A DNA stretch of 64,000 nt from the IMG/VR virus record IMGVR_UViG_3300028393_000049; one strand, 5' to 3'. A model generated the notes under the pieces. It searched no databases, was not told the origin of the DNA, and worked only from the letters and a program-made list of their open reading frames with translations. Of the stretch, positions 28,690 to 38,895 are shown in pieces; within the stretch, counting starts at the first letter, position 1; each line of letters opens with the position of its first letter. Source of the stretch: an uncultured virus (IMG/VR IMGVR_UViG_3300028393_000049) (Duplodnaviria > Heunggongvirae > Uroviricota > Caudoviricetes). The position numbers and the translations under genes were made by a program.

Positions 28690-29112
28690 TTATAATGTTA
28701 GGGTCTTAGTTTTTCTGACCCTTACCATGATCCAAGAATTGTACCACTTGTCGCTTAATAGAACATCGTGGTCAAACTGCATCTTTGCTTCATAGTATGA
28801 TAGTTCTGTTTTAGAGAAACACAGCCTAACGATTTCTCGTGTAAAGTTTTCTTTACCTAACTTAACAACATCTGCCGTTAGTTCATCACTCGAACCATAA
28901 TAATCTAGCCAATCAGAATCAATCTGTGACTTTATTTTCTTTTTCTTTTTGATACCATTTTTTTGGGTTATGACTTTGTATTTTGTCTTACTAAACTTAG
29001 ACAGCTTTTTTCCAATATATTTTCTATCGGTTAGGTTGTTTGTTATAATATAGACAAACCCTACAGTTGTTTCGGGCAACTGTAGGGTTTCTTCACCGTT
29101 GTATAACCACAT
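28690..29112 (-). CDS. GIY-YIG-like nuclease-domain protein
   Basis: GFVYIITN....RKYIGKK, SDW..YYGSS, F.REI, WYN. Confidence 0.75.
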   Translation of the reverse strand: MWLYNGEETLQLPETTVGFVYIITNNLTDRKYIGKKLSKFSKTKYKVITQKNGIKKKKKIKSQIDSDWLDYYGSSDELTADVVKLGKENFTREIVRLCFSKTELSYYEAKMQFDHDVLLSDKWYNSWIMVRVRKTKTLTL

Positions 29113-29136
29113 GCAGTACCTCCATAAAAGAAGTAC

Positions 29137-29307
29137 TTAGTCTTCCCAATCTTCTCCTGAAAGGAAGTCTTCAGAGTTCATTTCTGTGTTTTCTAGAATG
29201 GAACCGCAGAAGCAACAATACTCAATTGGAGCATTTGCTTCTGAGTTTGCGGGAACAATTTCAAATTCTGCATCACACATATTACAAGTAACTTCTGTAG
29301 AGTGCAT
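29137..29307 (-). CDS. small Zn-ribbon protein
   Basis: manual translation: CNMC ... CCFCG, acidic tail. Confidence 0.55.
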   Translation of the reverse strand: MHSTEVTCNMCDAEFEIVPANSEANAPIEYCCFCGSILENTEMNSEDFLSGEDWED

Positions 29308-29336
29308 TTGTTATCCTTTTAACTTTTTTAATTCGG

Positions 29337-30455
29337 TTATAAACTCATATCACTAAAGGTTGTAGTGTCTACGTCTTTCTTCAGTCCCCCAATAATATAT
29401 TGGGAAATTTCAACTTCTTGTGGCGCTGTTTGAACTTCACTGCCACCGATCCACTTCTGTGTCCAAGGGAGGGGATTTGACTTTACACCTTTAACAGATG
29501 GAGTCAAACCAATAGCAAGCATTCTCTTGTTCGCAATCCAATCAACGTAATCGCATAGAAGCTCTTCGTTAAGACCAATCATAGAACCACCTTGGAACAA
29601 GTATTTAGCCCAATCCTTTTCTTGTTGAATGACCATATTGAACATTTGTCCAACTTCTTCAGCACATTCTTCTTTGATTTTTACAAAATCAGGATCATCC
29701 TTTGGAAGCAACTTAAGCATCTGTTGGGTAGAAGCTAGGTGGACATTCTCATCACGAGCAATGAACTTGATGATCTTGGCGTTGCCTTCCATTTGCTTTA
29801 GTTCAGCAAAAGCCCAAGAACACGCGAAGGAGACATAGAAACGAATACCTTCTAGAGCATTAACAGCATTGAGGCAGAGCCAGAGAGCTTTCTTGTGGTT
29901 GTATTCATTTTCAATTCTATTTGAACCACTATAAGGCGTATCTGCTCTCCAATCAGATTTCCAACCATTTATATCAATCAGATCATCGTAGTATTTGCTG
30001 ATGTCACTGGCGCAGTCTGCAATTTCCTTAACGTCCAACATCTCGTCAAATACTTTAGATGGATCAGAATATACATTACGAATAATATGAGTATAAGACC
30101 GAGAGTGAATAGTTTCAAAGAATGACCATGTAATCAACCAGTTTTCAATTTCTGGTAGTGAACAAATAGGAAGAAATGCCTCTACAGGTGCTCTACCTTG
30201 AACGGAATCCAAAAGGATTTGACGCTTTAGGTTAGAAGTAAAGATATGCTTCTGTGCATCACTAAGGGTCTTGAAATCCTTAATGTCCTTTGAACAATCG
30301 ACTTCCTGTGGTCGCCAGAAGAACCCCTGTTGCTGCTCAGTCAATTTTTCAAATTGGGGATACTTCTGTTTATCATAACGAGCAATATTTACCTTCGGAC
30401 CAAAAAACATGGTGCTCTTAGTAAAGTCTTGATTATGTAGTTCAAATACTGACAT
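29337..30455 (-). CDS. nrdB: ribonucleotide reductase class Ia beta subunit
   Basis: FFWRPQE, ETIHSRSY, LEGIRFYVSF, RDENVH. Confidence 0.96.
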   Translation of the reverse strand: MSVFELHNQDFTKSTMFFGPKVNIARYDKQKYPQFEKLTEQQQGFFWRPQEVDCSKDIKDFKTLSDAQKHIFTSNLKRQILLDSVQGRAPVEAFLPICSLPEIENWLITWSFFETIHSRSYTHIIRNVYSDPSKVFDEMLDVKEIADCASDISKYYDDLIDINGWKSDWRADTPYSGSNRIENEYNHKKALWLCLNAVNALEGIRFYVSFACSWAFAELKQMEGNAKIIKFIARDENVHLASTQQMLKLLPKDDPDFVKIKEECAEEVGQMFNMVIQQEKDWAKYLFQGGSMIGLNEELLCDYVDWIANKRMLAIGLTPSVKGVKSNPLPWTQKWIGGSEVQTAPQEVEISQYIIGGLKKDVDTTTFSDMSL

Positions 30456-30463
30456 TTTGTTCC

Positions 30464-32740
30464 TTAAATATTACAGGCGTCACAAATTTCATCATCAAGA
30501 TCGCCAATGGCTAATGGTGCATCTTCTGATTCGTCTGAAGAGTTATCGTTCGTGTTAAAGTAGTAAAGTGTCTTGCCGCCCCACTTATAATGTAGAACAA
30601 GATGGCGAAGCAAGTCACTCATAGGAATTTCTTCGTTTTCATAGAACCTTGGATTATAAGAAGTATTAACCGAAATAGCTTGGTCAATAAACTTCTGTAA
30701 AACGGCAGCAATCTTTAGATAACCTTCTGGAGACTTTTGATCCCATAAGAGTTCATACTTATTCTTTAGCTTCTGGATACCAGGAACAACTTGCCTTAGT
30801 ACACCATCCTTAGATTGCTTCACTGATACCAATGCCCTAGGTGGTTCAATACCATTAGTAGCATTAGAAATCTGAGAAGAAGTTTCACTAGGCATTAGAG
30901 CCATCAGAGTTGAATTGCGAATACTAAACAAATCAGCCCTGTTCCTTAATGCTTGCCAATCCATATTATAAACTGGTTCTGCTAGCTCGTCAACTTCTTT
31001 CTTGTACGTGTCAATAGGGAAAATGTGAGCATCGTATTTAGTTTCATTTGATTTTGAACATGCGCCAAACTCTTGAGCAAGATCAACAGATGCCTTGATC
31101 AAATAGTAAGACCATGCTTCTGCATATTCATGAACTAGATCAAGATTTGGATTAGAATAGTTACTGTTATTCTTAGCTAACCAATAAGCAAAGTTAATGA
31201 TGCCAATACCAAGAGGACGACGAGCCATAGTGCTCTTCTGAGCAGCCACGACAGGATAAGACTGATAATCTAGCAAAGCATCCAAGGCACGGACAGCAAG
31301 TGTACATGGCTTTTCAAAGTCGCTTGGCTTCTTAATCTTGCCCCAGTTAATAGCCGCAAGAGTACATAGGCTAATCTCGCCTTCTTCATCACGAATATTA
31401 TCAATTGGCTTAGTTGGAAGAGTAATTTCCTGACACAAGTTTGACATATAGATTGGTGCTTCTGTCTTGACGAAAGAACTATGATCATTGACATGATCGA
31501 CATTCATCAAGTAGAGACGACCAGTTTCCTTGCGCTCTTGCATGAAAGCAGAGAAAAGTTCAGAAGCAGGAATTACTTTCTTTCGTAGCTTCGGGTTCTT
31601 TTCGGCTGCTTCGTACAAAGTTCTAAACTTATCGACATCAGTGAAGAACGAATTATACATATCAGGTACATCGTGAGGAGAGAAAAGAGTAATATTGCCA
31701 TTTGTCAGAAGCCTTTCGTACATTACCTTGTTAAGTTGAATACTATAATCTAGGTGACGCACACGGTTATCTTCTGTCCCCTTGTTGTTCTTTAGAACAA
31801 TAATGTCTTCAATTTCAAGATGCCAGAGAGGCACATGGAGAGTAGCTGCACCACCTCTGATGCCGCCCTGCGAACAAGACTTAACAGCAGACTGAAACAA
31901 CCTGTAGTAAGGAATAACGCCAGTAGTGCTAGTAGCACCGTTACGAACAGGAGAATTGACAGCACGAATACGACCAGCGCCGATACCGATCCCGGCACGT
32001 TGTGAAACGTATTTTGCGATTGCTGACGTTGTTGCGTTAATAGAATCCAAAGAGTCTTCAGTCTCGATGAGCACACAAGAACTAAATTGGCGGTCAGGTG
32101 TCCGCACACCTGCCATAATAGGAGTGGGGAGACTAATATCAAACGTAGAAATGGCATCATAAAGTTCCTTTACCCACTTAATGCGGTCTGTTGTGTAATT
32201 TTGGAAAAGGGTCATGGCAATCAACATGAAAGCCATCTGTGGCGTTTCAAAGATTTGTCCAGTAACCCTGCTTTTTACTAGATACTTGCCACGGAATTGT
32301 TCCATAGCAGCATAAGTCAATAGGTTGTCACGATTGTGATCTATATAATCATCAAGTTCATCAAACTCTTCGACAGAATACATATCACCCATATCACGAT
32401 CATAATAGCTCTGATCGCGCACTTTAATATAATGCTTCAATAGAGGTTCAGGCTCATATGTGCCATAAACTTGCTTACGGAGATGGTAGTTGATAAGACG
32501 ACCAGCAACATATTGATAATTTGGCGCTTCTTCGCTGATTAGATCAGCAGCAGCCTTGATCAAAGTCTCCTGAATATCAGAAGTCTTCATTCCATTATAG
32601 AATTGAATCTTAGTTTGAAGTTCAATTTCAGATGCAGATACAACAGAAAGATCGGCACAAGACCAAGCAACGACACGATGAATCTTGTCGATATCCAATG
32701 GCTCTTTATGCCCATCTCGCTTAACAACATTAATGCTCAT
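30464..32740 (-). CDS. nrdA: ribonucleotide reductase class Ia alpha subunit
   Basis: ATP cone, QFSSCVL, SNLCQE, C-terminal CDAC. Confidence 0.97.
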   Translation of the reverse strand: MSINVVKRDGHKEPLDIDKIHRVVAWSCADLSVVSASEIELQTKIQFYNGMKTSDIQETLIKAAADLISEEAPNYQYVAGRLINYHLRKQVYGTYEPEPLLKHYIKVRDQSYYDRDMGDMYSVEEFDELDDYIDHNRDNLLTYAAMEQFRGKYLVKSRVTGQIFETPQMAFMLIAMTLFQNYTTDRIKWVKELYDAISTFDISLPTPIMAGVRTPDRQFSSCVLIETEDSLDSINATTSAIAKYVSQRAGIGIGAGRIRAVNSPVRNGATSTTGVIPYYRLFQSAVKSCSQGGIRGGAATLHVPLWHLEIEDIIVLKNNKGTEDNRVRHLDYSIQLNKVMYERLLTNGNITLFSPHDVPDMYNSFFTDVDKFRTLYEAAEKNPKLRKKVIPASELFSAFMQERKETGRLYLMNVDHVNDHSSFVKTEAPIYMSNLCQEITLPTKPIDNIRDEEGEISLCTLAAINWGKIKKPSDFEKPCTLAVRALDALLDYQSYPVVAAQKSTMARRPLGIGIINFAYWLAKNNSNYSNPNLDLVHEYAEAWSYYLIKASVDLAQEFGACSKSNETKYDAHIFPIDTYKKEVDELAEPVYNMDWQALRNRADLFSIRNSTLMALMPSETSSQISNATNGIEPPRALVSVKQSKDGVLRQVVPGIQKLKNKYELLWDQKSPEGYLKIAAVLQKFIDQAISVNTSYNPRFYENEEIPMSDLLRHLVLHYKWGGKTLYYFNTNDNSSDESEDAPLAIGDLDDEICDACNI

Positions 32741-33158
32741 TCAGTTTACTTCTTTCTACTTTTGTATAGTCTAGCTTTACCTTTTTTAGGAAATCTAAAC
32801 CATCATTTGATCTATAGTCGTTAATATAATACACTTTTGAAATTCCTGCAAGATAAATCAACCTAGCACAATGGATACATGGAGAATGTGTCACAAAAAG
32901 CACAGAACCATCTGAGGAGTCATTAGATTTAGCCATCTTCAAAATGGCGTTTTCTTCGGCGTGAATTACATCATCTGTTGTTCTACCATCTTCATTTTCG
33001 CATTTGTTGTCAGACCCAGATGGAGTGCCATTATAGCCAATGGATTGTATTCTTCCATCCTTAACTAAAATAGCACCCACCTGAAGTCTTTTTGCATAAG
33101 ACAACTTTGCGGTTTCTTCTGCGATATTTGCAAAAAAATCTACAAACTTATCTTTCAC
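32730..33158 (-). CDS. dCMP deaminase (start uncertain)
   Basis: GYNG, HAEENA, SPCIHC. Confidence 0.88.
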   Translation of the reverse strand: MKDKFVDFFANIAEETAKLSYAKRLQVGAILVKDGRIQSIGYNGTPSGSDNKCENEDGRTTDDVIHAEENAILKMAKSNDSSDGSVLFVTHSPCIHCARLIYLAGISKVYYINDYRSNDGLDFLKKVKLDYTKVERSKLNEH

Positions 33159-33159
33159 A

Positions 33160-33402
33160 TTACACACCATGACCAGTGTTTGGGTCACTATCTGGAAACG
33201 GAGGATAAATGATCTTTGGCTTAAAGGTAGCTATCTCGTGTTGCCTTTTAATATAATCTTTGCATTGATAATATGTCCATTTAGGTGTGGGGCGATCATA
33301 ATAATCAATAATAGAATCGTACCAGAACCCTAAAAATCCTTTATGCTCTACCTTCCACGATCCATCTAGTTTTTCTTTAATTCTATACTTCTTCATCGTC
33401 AA
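33160..33402 (-). CDS. hypothetical protein
   Basis: short ORF in tightly packed operon. Confidence 0.5.
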   Translation of the reverse strand: MTMKKYRIKEKLDGSWKVEHKGFLGFWYDSIIDYYDRPTPKWTYYQCKDYIKRQHEIATFKPKIIYPPFPDSDPNTGHGV

Positions 33403-33556
33403 TCAACTTTCTCAATGTAGTCTTTTCTTCTGTTAAATCCCAAATCAATTTGGTTGTTTCATCCCAACCTAAATCTTTTATCAAACCATCAGGAAATTCT
33501 ATATATAGCTCTCCATCGAGTCCTTCACAAACTTCGGCTGTATAAATGTTAGTCAT
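33383..33556 (-). CDS. AbrB/MazE-like small protein
   Basis: manual translation GELYIEFPDGLIKDLGW...LIW. Confidence 0.5.
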   Translation of the reverse strand: MTNIYTAEVCEGLDGELYIEFPDGLIKDLGWDETTKLIWDLTEEKTTLRKLIDDEEV

Positions 33557-33785
33557 CACTCGCCTTCTTTCATTTGTTTGGTGTGTTCTTTTTTCAGAAC
33601 AGATTCTTTGAAGTTTACAAATATATCTTCGACAAACTTTCCATACATAAAAGCAAATGTCTTTTTGCCTTTGAAGTTTTTATTGCCGAGGTTTCTACTA
33701 GCCATCTTTCAATGCCTCAATAATATCAGGGAAGTGAATGCCAATAATTTCCCAGCAGCGGTTTACTTTTCTACGAATAAACCCG

Positions 33786-34484
33786 TTAATGGTTGGATTC
33801 GTCTTTGTAGTTATTTGCAATCTGCTCTTCCAATAACTCTCGCATATCTGGAAAATGATGCATTATAATATCTGAAATTTGTTCAGCAACAATTCTATGC
33901 TCTTTTTGTGTTGCTGGATGATGACGGACTAAAATATAGTGCCAAAAACTTCTCAAACTACCAGCCATTATGATAGTTGATTCAGTATTTCCTTCTGGCA
34001 ATACGCTTCTTGCTATTTCCTTCGCAATACCATTATCAATAGCCCAGCGATAAGAGATGAGAGCTTCAGCCATAGACTTATGCTGCCTCATATTCCATTC
34101 TTCTTCGAGACGAGAGTCTTCAGTCTCTACTGAATTCTGACGATTCTTTGGGTCTTGAAGTCTGGCTTCCCGTGTGACAAATCCCAAATCCTTGGTAGGA
34201 TCAGCGTAACGCTGGCTATACTCTTGGAATGAGAATGAACGATGACGCAAGATTTGACGTGCAATGTCCCTTGTTGTAGAAATATTCATAACAACGTGTA
34301 CCATTTCTAATGGACTAAAATGTTTATTGTTAATTAAATACTTTACAAGTTTTCCTGCTGTTTGTGTATTATTTTGATTACTTGGGTTGCTTACTCTTGC
34401 ACACCAAGCAACCAATTCGTTTGCCGTATTACAATCAGTAATAGCTGATGGTTTTGTGATACCAATCAATTCAACTTTAGACAT
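33786..34484 (-). CDS. thyX: flavin-dependent thymidylate synthase
   Basis: RHRSFSFQEYSQRY, ARSVLP, TQKEHR. Confidence 0.94.
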   Translation of the reverse strand: MSKVELIGITKPSAITDCNTANELVAWCARVSNPSNQNNTQTAGKLVKYLINNKHFSPLEMVHVVMNISTTRDIARQILRHRSFSFQEYSQRYADPTKDLGFVTREARLQDPKNRQNSVETEDSRLEEEWNMRQHKSMAEALISYRWAIDNGIAKEIARSVLPEGNTESTIIMAGSLRSFWHYILVRHHPATQKEHRIVAEQISDIIMHHFPDMRELLEEQIANNYKDESNH

Positions 34485-34755
34485 TATATTTTCCTTAATG
34501 AACAAAAGATTCTGTTCTTAACTTCAGAATAACGAATACGAAACTTTAGACCAAATGCCTTATAGATATAAGTCCACTTCCACCAATAAATCTTAGACAT
34601 GATACTTGTCCAATTCTTCTTTGTTATCATAATACCAAAATGCTGATGCTAGTTTATTGTAAGCATTTGCTGCTTCAATATCACCATGCATCTTACCATC
34701 AATCAAAACTAAATTATAATGCTCTGCTAGAGTTCTACGAGCAAATCCTACTGCT

Positions 34756-35055
34756 TCACTTATTGTCATTTTTTCCCTTTATCCTATAATAAATCATAAT
34801 ACCATACCAAGTTAGGTTCAGACTAGTGAGAACTATTGCACCTGCAAGTGACCAATACTTTTCCATAGTCCACATGAAGTACGCACCCCACAACTGACCA
34901 CAGTAAAAGAACAAAGGTGTCAGCCAATAAGACCCTTTAAGTTCTTTATCTTTAAGCATTGTACGAATATTAGCTATAACAAAAAATGAGCCAACAAAGG
35001 CAAATCCACTATTGATTGCATCTACTACATTTGGATCGATCATTACTTTTTCCAT
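34756..35055 (-). CDS. small membrane protein (PQ-loop/SemiSWEET-like topology)
   Basis: three hydrophobic helices. Confidence 0.5.
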   Translation of the reverse strand: MEKVMIDPNVVDAINSGFAFVGSFFVIANIRTMLKDKELKGSYWLTPLFFYCGQLWGAYFMWTMEKYWSLAGAIVLTSLNLTWYGIMIYYRIKGKNDNK

Positions 35056-36053
35056 TTTTCTAACGTTGCCATAGCCTCAAGTCCGCTAAACGTATTTTCC
35101 TTAACGATAGAATTTACATCTAGATTTATCATCACCATATCATTAATATCTTTTTTATCAATAGAAGATGGCCAAATAACTACCTTATATCCACGAGCAA
35201 TTGTCTTAGCTATCTTTGCTACAATTTCTTTATTTCTAGGTTCATTATCATAAACAAAAACAGCAGTGTCTTTATTAAACCACGTTAAAGGAGCATCCGA
35301 CCCAACCATGGCCATAGAATTTTCTAGGAACATGGAGTCAATTGGTCCTTCTGTTATATAGTGGGTCTTTGAAACATCACAGGTATCCATGCCGTATAGC
35401 TTTGGCACATCTTCATCAAGAATAATAGTGATGTAACGCATCTTGGAAGTTGAACTTAGACTTCTACCCTGATACCCATACATTTCTCCATTCTTATCAA
35501 ACAAAGGAATAATGAGACGAGAATGCTCATGTTCTGGAGAAAGCTTGTTTGGTATCATACTATTTGTCCAAGCAACAAACTTACTACAAAAATATAATTT
35601 GTGATGATACTTAGTTGGAATACCTCTGCCGACCACATACAGTTTTGCAGGATGGGTTGGGTCTAGCTGCGAGACTTTCTTAAGTTTAGCCAAGTTTGCT
35701 GGAGGACGTTTAAATATAGGTTTTGGATTAGAAATACTAGGAGCATCTTCTTTTCTCTGGTTTCCATTTTGAAAGGTTTCCATCAAGTATTCTTTGTACA
35801 TGAGTTGATCAAGTTCTTTTAATACTTTGGATATAGATTTTGTCACGCCACAGTTATGACAATGATAATGCACAGTGTCTTTCTGTGCATACATGTAACC
35901 ACGAGCTTTGGTTTTGTTTTTTTCTGAATCTCCGCACAGATAGCAACGGAAATTGATTAGCAGTGGTGATTGATTCTTGACAACGAACTTGTCCAATCGT
36001 CCACGAAGTTGCATAGCATATTTAACGTCAACCCAATACATAACAAAATCCAA
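35043..36053 (-). CDS. gp61: DNA primase gp61
   Basis: FRCYLCGDS, CHNCG, GYQGR, EGPIDS, DNEPRN, DINDM. Confidence 0.95.
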   Translation of the reverse strand: MDFVMYWVDVKYAMQLRGRLDKFVVKNQSPLLINFRCYLCGDSEKNKTKARGYMYAQKDTVHYHCHNCGVTKSISKVLKELDQLMYKEYLMETFQNGNQRKEDAPSISNPKPIFKRPPANLAKLKKVSQLDPTHPAKLYVVGRGIPTKYHHKLYFCSKFVAWTNSMIPNKLSPEHEHSRLIIPLFDKNGEMYGYQGRSLSSTSKMRYITIILDEDVPKLYGMDTCDVSKTHYITEGPIDSMFLENSMAMVGSDAPLTWFNKDTAVFVYDNEPRNKEIVAKIAKTIARGYKVVIWPSSIDKKDINDMVMINLDVNSIVKENTFSGLEAMATLEKWKK

Positions 36054-36106
36054 TCATTAATTCAGCATCCAGTATATCAGGTGCTTATGTGATTGTCAAG
36101 TGATTT

Positions 36107-36568
36107 TTAATGGATGAATGAAAAAATATTTACTTTTGAAAAATACATGAAGGCAGCGCCGATTACACCAATTGCTATCCAACGCCATCTTTCTAAGACA
36201 GCAGTTCTTTTTTCTGATTCTTTATGACGCTTGTGCATGTCATTTCTCATATCTTTCATTTCAGACATAAGAGATGTCTCGACAGAAGTAATATCCAATT
36301 TAACTTGATTATGAAGATCATTAAATTTTTGTTGCATAACATTATTTTGAGCCACGATCTCATCACGACGAGCATCTAGTAACATATAAATTTCGTCGTC
36401 TGCTTCGTCGTGCTTCTTCAATTGAACCTCGTGTACAGCTAATAGCTGTTTAATTGAATTTGATACGTCTGCTAATTTTTCTATAGTGGTATCAAATCGT
36501 CCAAGTAACGAGGAGAGACCAGTTTGCTCTCTTTCAAGTAACGCGACTCTGGTCTCTAATTCAGCCAT
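36107..36568 (-). CDS. coiled-coil protein with C-terminal TM helix, holin candidate
   Basis: LERWRW followed by TM; coupled to spanin genes. Confidence 0.5.
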   Translation of the reverse strand: MAELETRVALLEREQTGLSSLLGRFDTTIEKLADVSNSIKQLLAVHEVQLKKHDEADDEIYMLLDARRDEIVAQNNVMQQKFNDLHNQVKLDITSVETSLMSEMKDMRNDMHKRHKESEKRTAVLERWRWIAIGVIGAAFMYFSKVNIFSFIH

Positions 36569-37074
36569 TACATTTTACCTTCTAATGCTTTTTGTGTTGT
36601 TATTAGCCATTCTTGTAAAGTTCTTAATTGTTCGGAGTTTTTTTCACAGATTCCGTAGTTTTCGACAACGATAGCGAGAGCGGTATTGTCTTTAATGGTT
36701 GTGGGGGTTGCATCAGAATAGCTGGCGGCGTTAGAACTATCACCGTTGGTTGCAGAGACGTTGTGGAGCTGCACCCAGCCAGTAGACATGAGATGGTCAG
36801 AAGGAACAACTGAGGTCGCAAGATTAACATAAACATATTCCTTTTTAGTAATAGTGACCACTTTATCAACATACTTAGTCACAACGGCGTCATTGTTTTT
36901 ATTTATTTTTATTTGTGCTTCAGCTAATTTTTTATTAAGTTCAGCAACATACTTTGCTTCAGCTTGTTTAGAATGATCTGCACCTTTTAAGTATCCAAAC
37001 GAAAATAAACCACCGCACAGAAGAGCGATGATTAATATTCTATATGGAAGAGGGATTAGATTAAACAAAGACAT
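36568..37074 (-). CDS. i-spanin (Rz-like)
   Basis: N-terminal TM, coiled coil, ENY..C....EQL..LQEW end; contains embedded lipoprotein gene. Confidence 0.75.
   Translation of the reverse strand: MSLFNLIPLPYRILIIALLCGGLFSFGYLKGADHSKQAEAKYVAELNKKLAEAQIKINKNNDAVVTKYVDKVVTITKKEYVYVNLATSVVPSDHLMSTGWVQLHNVSATNGDSSNAASYSDATPTTIKDNTALAIVVENYGICEKNSEQLRTLQEWLITTQKALEGKM
36624..36830 (-). CDS. o-spanin (Rz1-like) lipoprotein embedded in the i-spanin gene
   Basis: LLAGC lipobox, Pro-rich mature part, AGGA 8 nt upstream of ATG. Confidence 0.75.
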   Translation of the reverse strand: MLILRPQLFLLTISCLLAGCSSTTSLQPTVIVLTPPAILMQPPQPLKTIPLSLSLSKTTESVKKTPNN

Positions 37075-37295
37075 TACTTAATACCGAGACCATTAATGCG
37101 TCTCATCATACCAGTTAAGTCTGTATTGTTTTTTTGATAAGCAGCGTTATCATCTTTATACTTGTTTCTAATTTCTGGACGAACAACAACGGTCTTCTTA
37201 TCATCACCTGTACCAACTACACCAGCAGTTGAAGTCGCTGGAGCACCGCCTACTGCGCCATCTTCTGCCAATATAAATTCTACGAAAGACATCAT
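37074..37295 (-). CDS. small protein with capsid-targeting-like N-terminus
   Basis: MMSFVEFILAE. Confidence 0.55.
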   Translation of the reverse strand: MMSFVEFILAEDGAVGGAPATSTAGVVGTGDDKKTVVVRPEIRNKYKDDNAAYQKNNTDLTGMMRRINGLGIK

Positions 37296-37306
37296 TGTTA
37301 TTCTCT

Positions 37307-37699
37307 TTATATTTTTGCTAAACATTCTTCAACATATTTATCAGAAGGAATATCTGCACTGATTAATGTTTTAGGAATGAACCCAATATTTTCTATTCGA
37401 CTTGGCATATAAGTTAAAAATTCTAGAAAAGGCTTAAGCTCAGAATGCATATTTGTCATTTTAAAAAATAACATTCTTGTGGCAGGAAGAACACCAAATA
37501 CATTATAAATGATAATGATATGGTTTAAAATTAGACGTTCTTTTAACTCACCAGTTTCTTTATAACGTTTTAAAAGTCTCTTAATATATCTAAACCTGTT
37601 TAAATCTTCAAGAAACTCTTGAGTATCAAAACATTGTGGATTATCATAATATTTTGCGGCATATAATAAGAAATTGGTTTCGTCTAATTTTTCATTCAT
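37307..37699 (-). CDS. conserved T4-like hypothetical protein
   Basis: YAAKYYDNPQC...EF.EDL.RF.YIKRL, RLILNH. Confidence 0.75.
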   Translation of the reverse strand: MNEKLDETNFLLYAAKYYDNPQCFDTQEFLEDLNRFRYIKRLLKRYKETGELKERLILNHIIIIYNVFGVLPATRMLFFKMTNMHSELKPFLEFLTYMPSRIENIGFIPKTLISADIPSDKYVEECLAKI

Positions 37700-37726
37700 A
37701 ATATTGCTTTACTAGTTACAAAGTAG

Positions 37727-37770
37727 AATTGGAGGAGATATTAATAATATTTGACATATCTCCTCCAATT
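37727..37770. terminator. 15-bp inverted repeat (terminator or mRNA stabiliser)
   Basis: AATTGGAGGAGATAT / ATATCTCCTCCAATT. Confidence 0.55.
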
Positions 37771-37775
37771 TTATA

Positions 37776-38687
37776 TTAGGTATTAGCGAATACGGTATTT
37801 TCTGAGTCAACAGTTGTGTCCATGCTACGAATATAAGCAATATTTTCATATTGAACACGATTAGCACGACCACCCAATGTTCTTGTAGTAAAGGTTGAAC
37901 TTAATACTGCTCCAGTGTTTCCACTTGTAGTCAAGTTAGCAGAAAATGTTGCGCCAGAACCACCAGTAGCACCACCAGTTGCATTGGTAACAGCAACAAC
38001 AGCAGAAGCATTAGCAGCAGTGTTTGAAAACAATCCACGATTTGTGAAAGTGAAACTTAGTGTGCCACCAGTTGCATTTGTTGAAACTGAAGCAGTAGCA
38101 TTAGAAATACCATTAGAAACAGTAAAGATATCAGTATTGTTATATCCAGTTGCAGTACCAGAAACAACAATTAAATTTACTCTCTTTTGACGAGCAAAGG
38201 CAAGTGAAACAGCAGCGGCATTAGTAAAGCCAGAGCCACCGTTTGTTACGGAAAAACTTACGATGTTTGATGTGGCGTTAGTAGTTATGGTAGCTGAACC
38301 ATTTGAAGTTCCTCCACTGATTACAACTGTTTCGCCGTTGGAAAAGCTAGTAGTATTAAAAGTAGCATTACTAGTACCAATAGTAAGCCCTGTAACTGGT
38401 CCAGTTCCAAATCTTACGTTAACCCAACCAGGAGAAACTCCTTTACCCTTCACGCCAGCTTGTTGTGTTTCATTGGTTGTTACACCAAATGTACCAATAG
38501 CAGACAATGATTGGAATGCACCAACAGTTGTATTGTTGAACGATGTTATTGCACTAGGCATAGCAACACTAGTTGTTGTAGCAACGTTACCAGCTCCAGT
38601 TATATTCTTCTTTGCAACTCGGTCTGACGTAACAGTCGTAGACTTAGGTGCGTTATTTTGATAGTCTGAATTACCCCATAAGGCCAT
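37776..38687 (-). CDS. virion surface/decoration-like protein
   Basis: MALWG, PGWV, GGR..RV.YE; T/S/G/N-rich repeats; late promoter near 38708. Confidence 0.6.
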   Translation of the reverse strand: MALWGNSDYQNNAPKSTTVTSDRVAKKNITGAGNVATTTSVAMPSAITSFNNTTVGAFQSLSAIGTFGVTTNETQQAGVKGKGVSPGWVNVRFGTGPVTGLTIGTSNATFNTTSFSNGETVVISGGTSNGSATITTNATSNIVSFSVTNGGSGFTNAAAVSLAFARQKRVNLIVVSGTATGYNNTDIFTVSNGISNATASVSTNATGGTLSFTFTNRGLFSNTAANASAVVAVTNATGGATGGSGATFSANLTTSGNTGAVLSSTFTTRTLGGRANRVQYENIAYIRSMDTTVDSENTVFANT

Positions 38688-38895
38688 GTTTATCTCCTAT
38701 GTTTTATTTATTTAGGTTGTTAATAACATAGGTCGAGACTCTGTTACGGGATCGACCAATTTCACTATTGAATCTTGAATGTTGTAAGTTGGGGAAGTAC
38801 GAAGTTTAATTTGATGTACTTCCCCAGACTTTAGTTCTTTCACTGTTTCTCCAACACTATTAGTAATGGTAGCAGCATTAGAAATAGTGAACATG

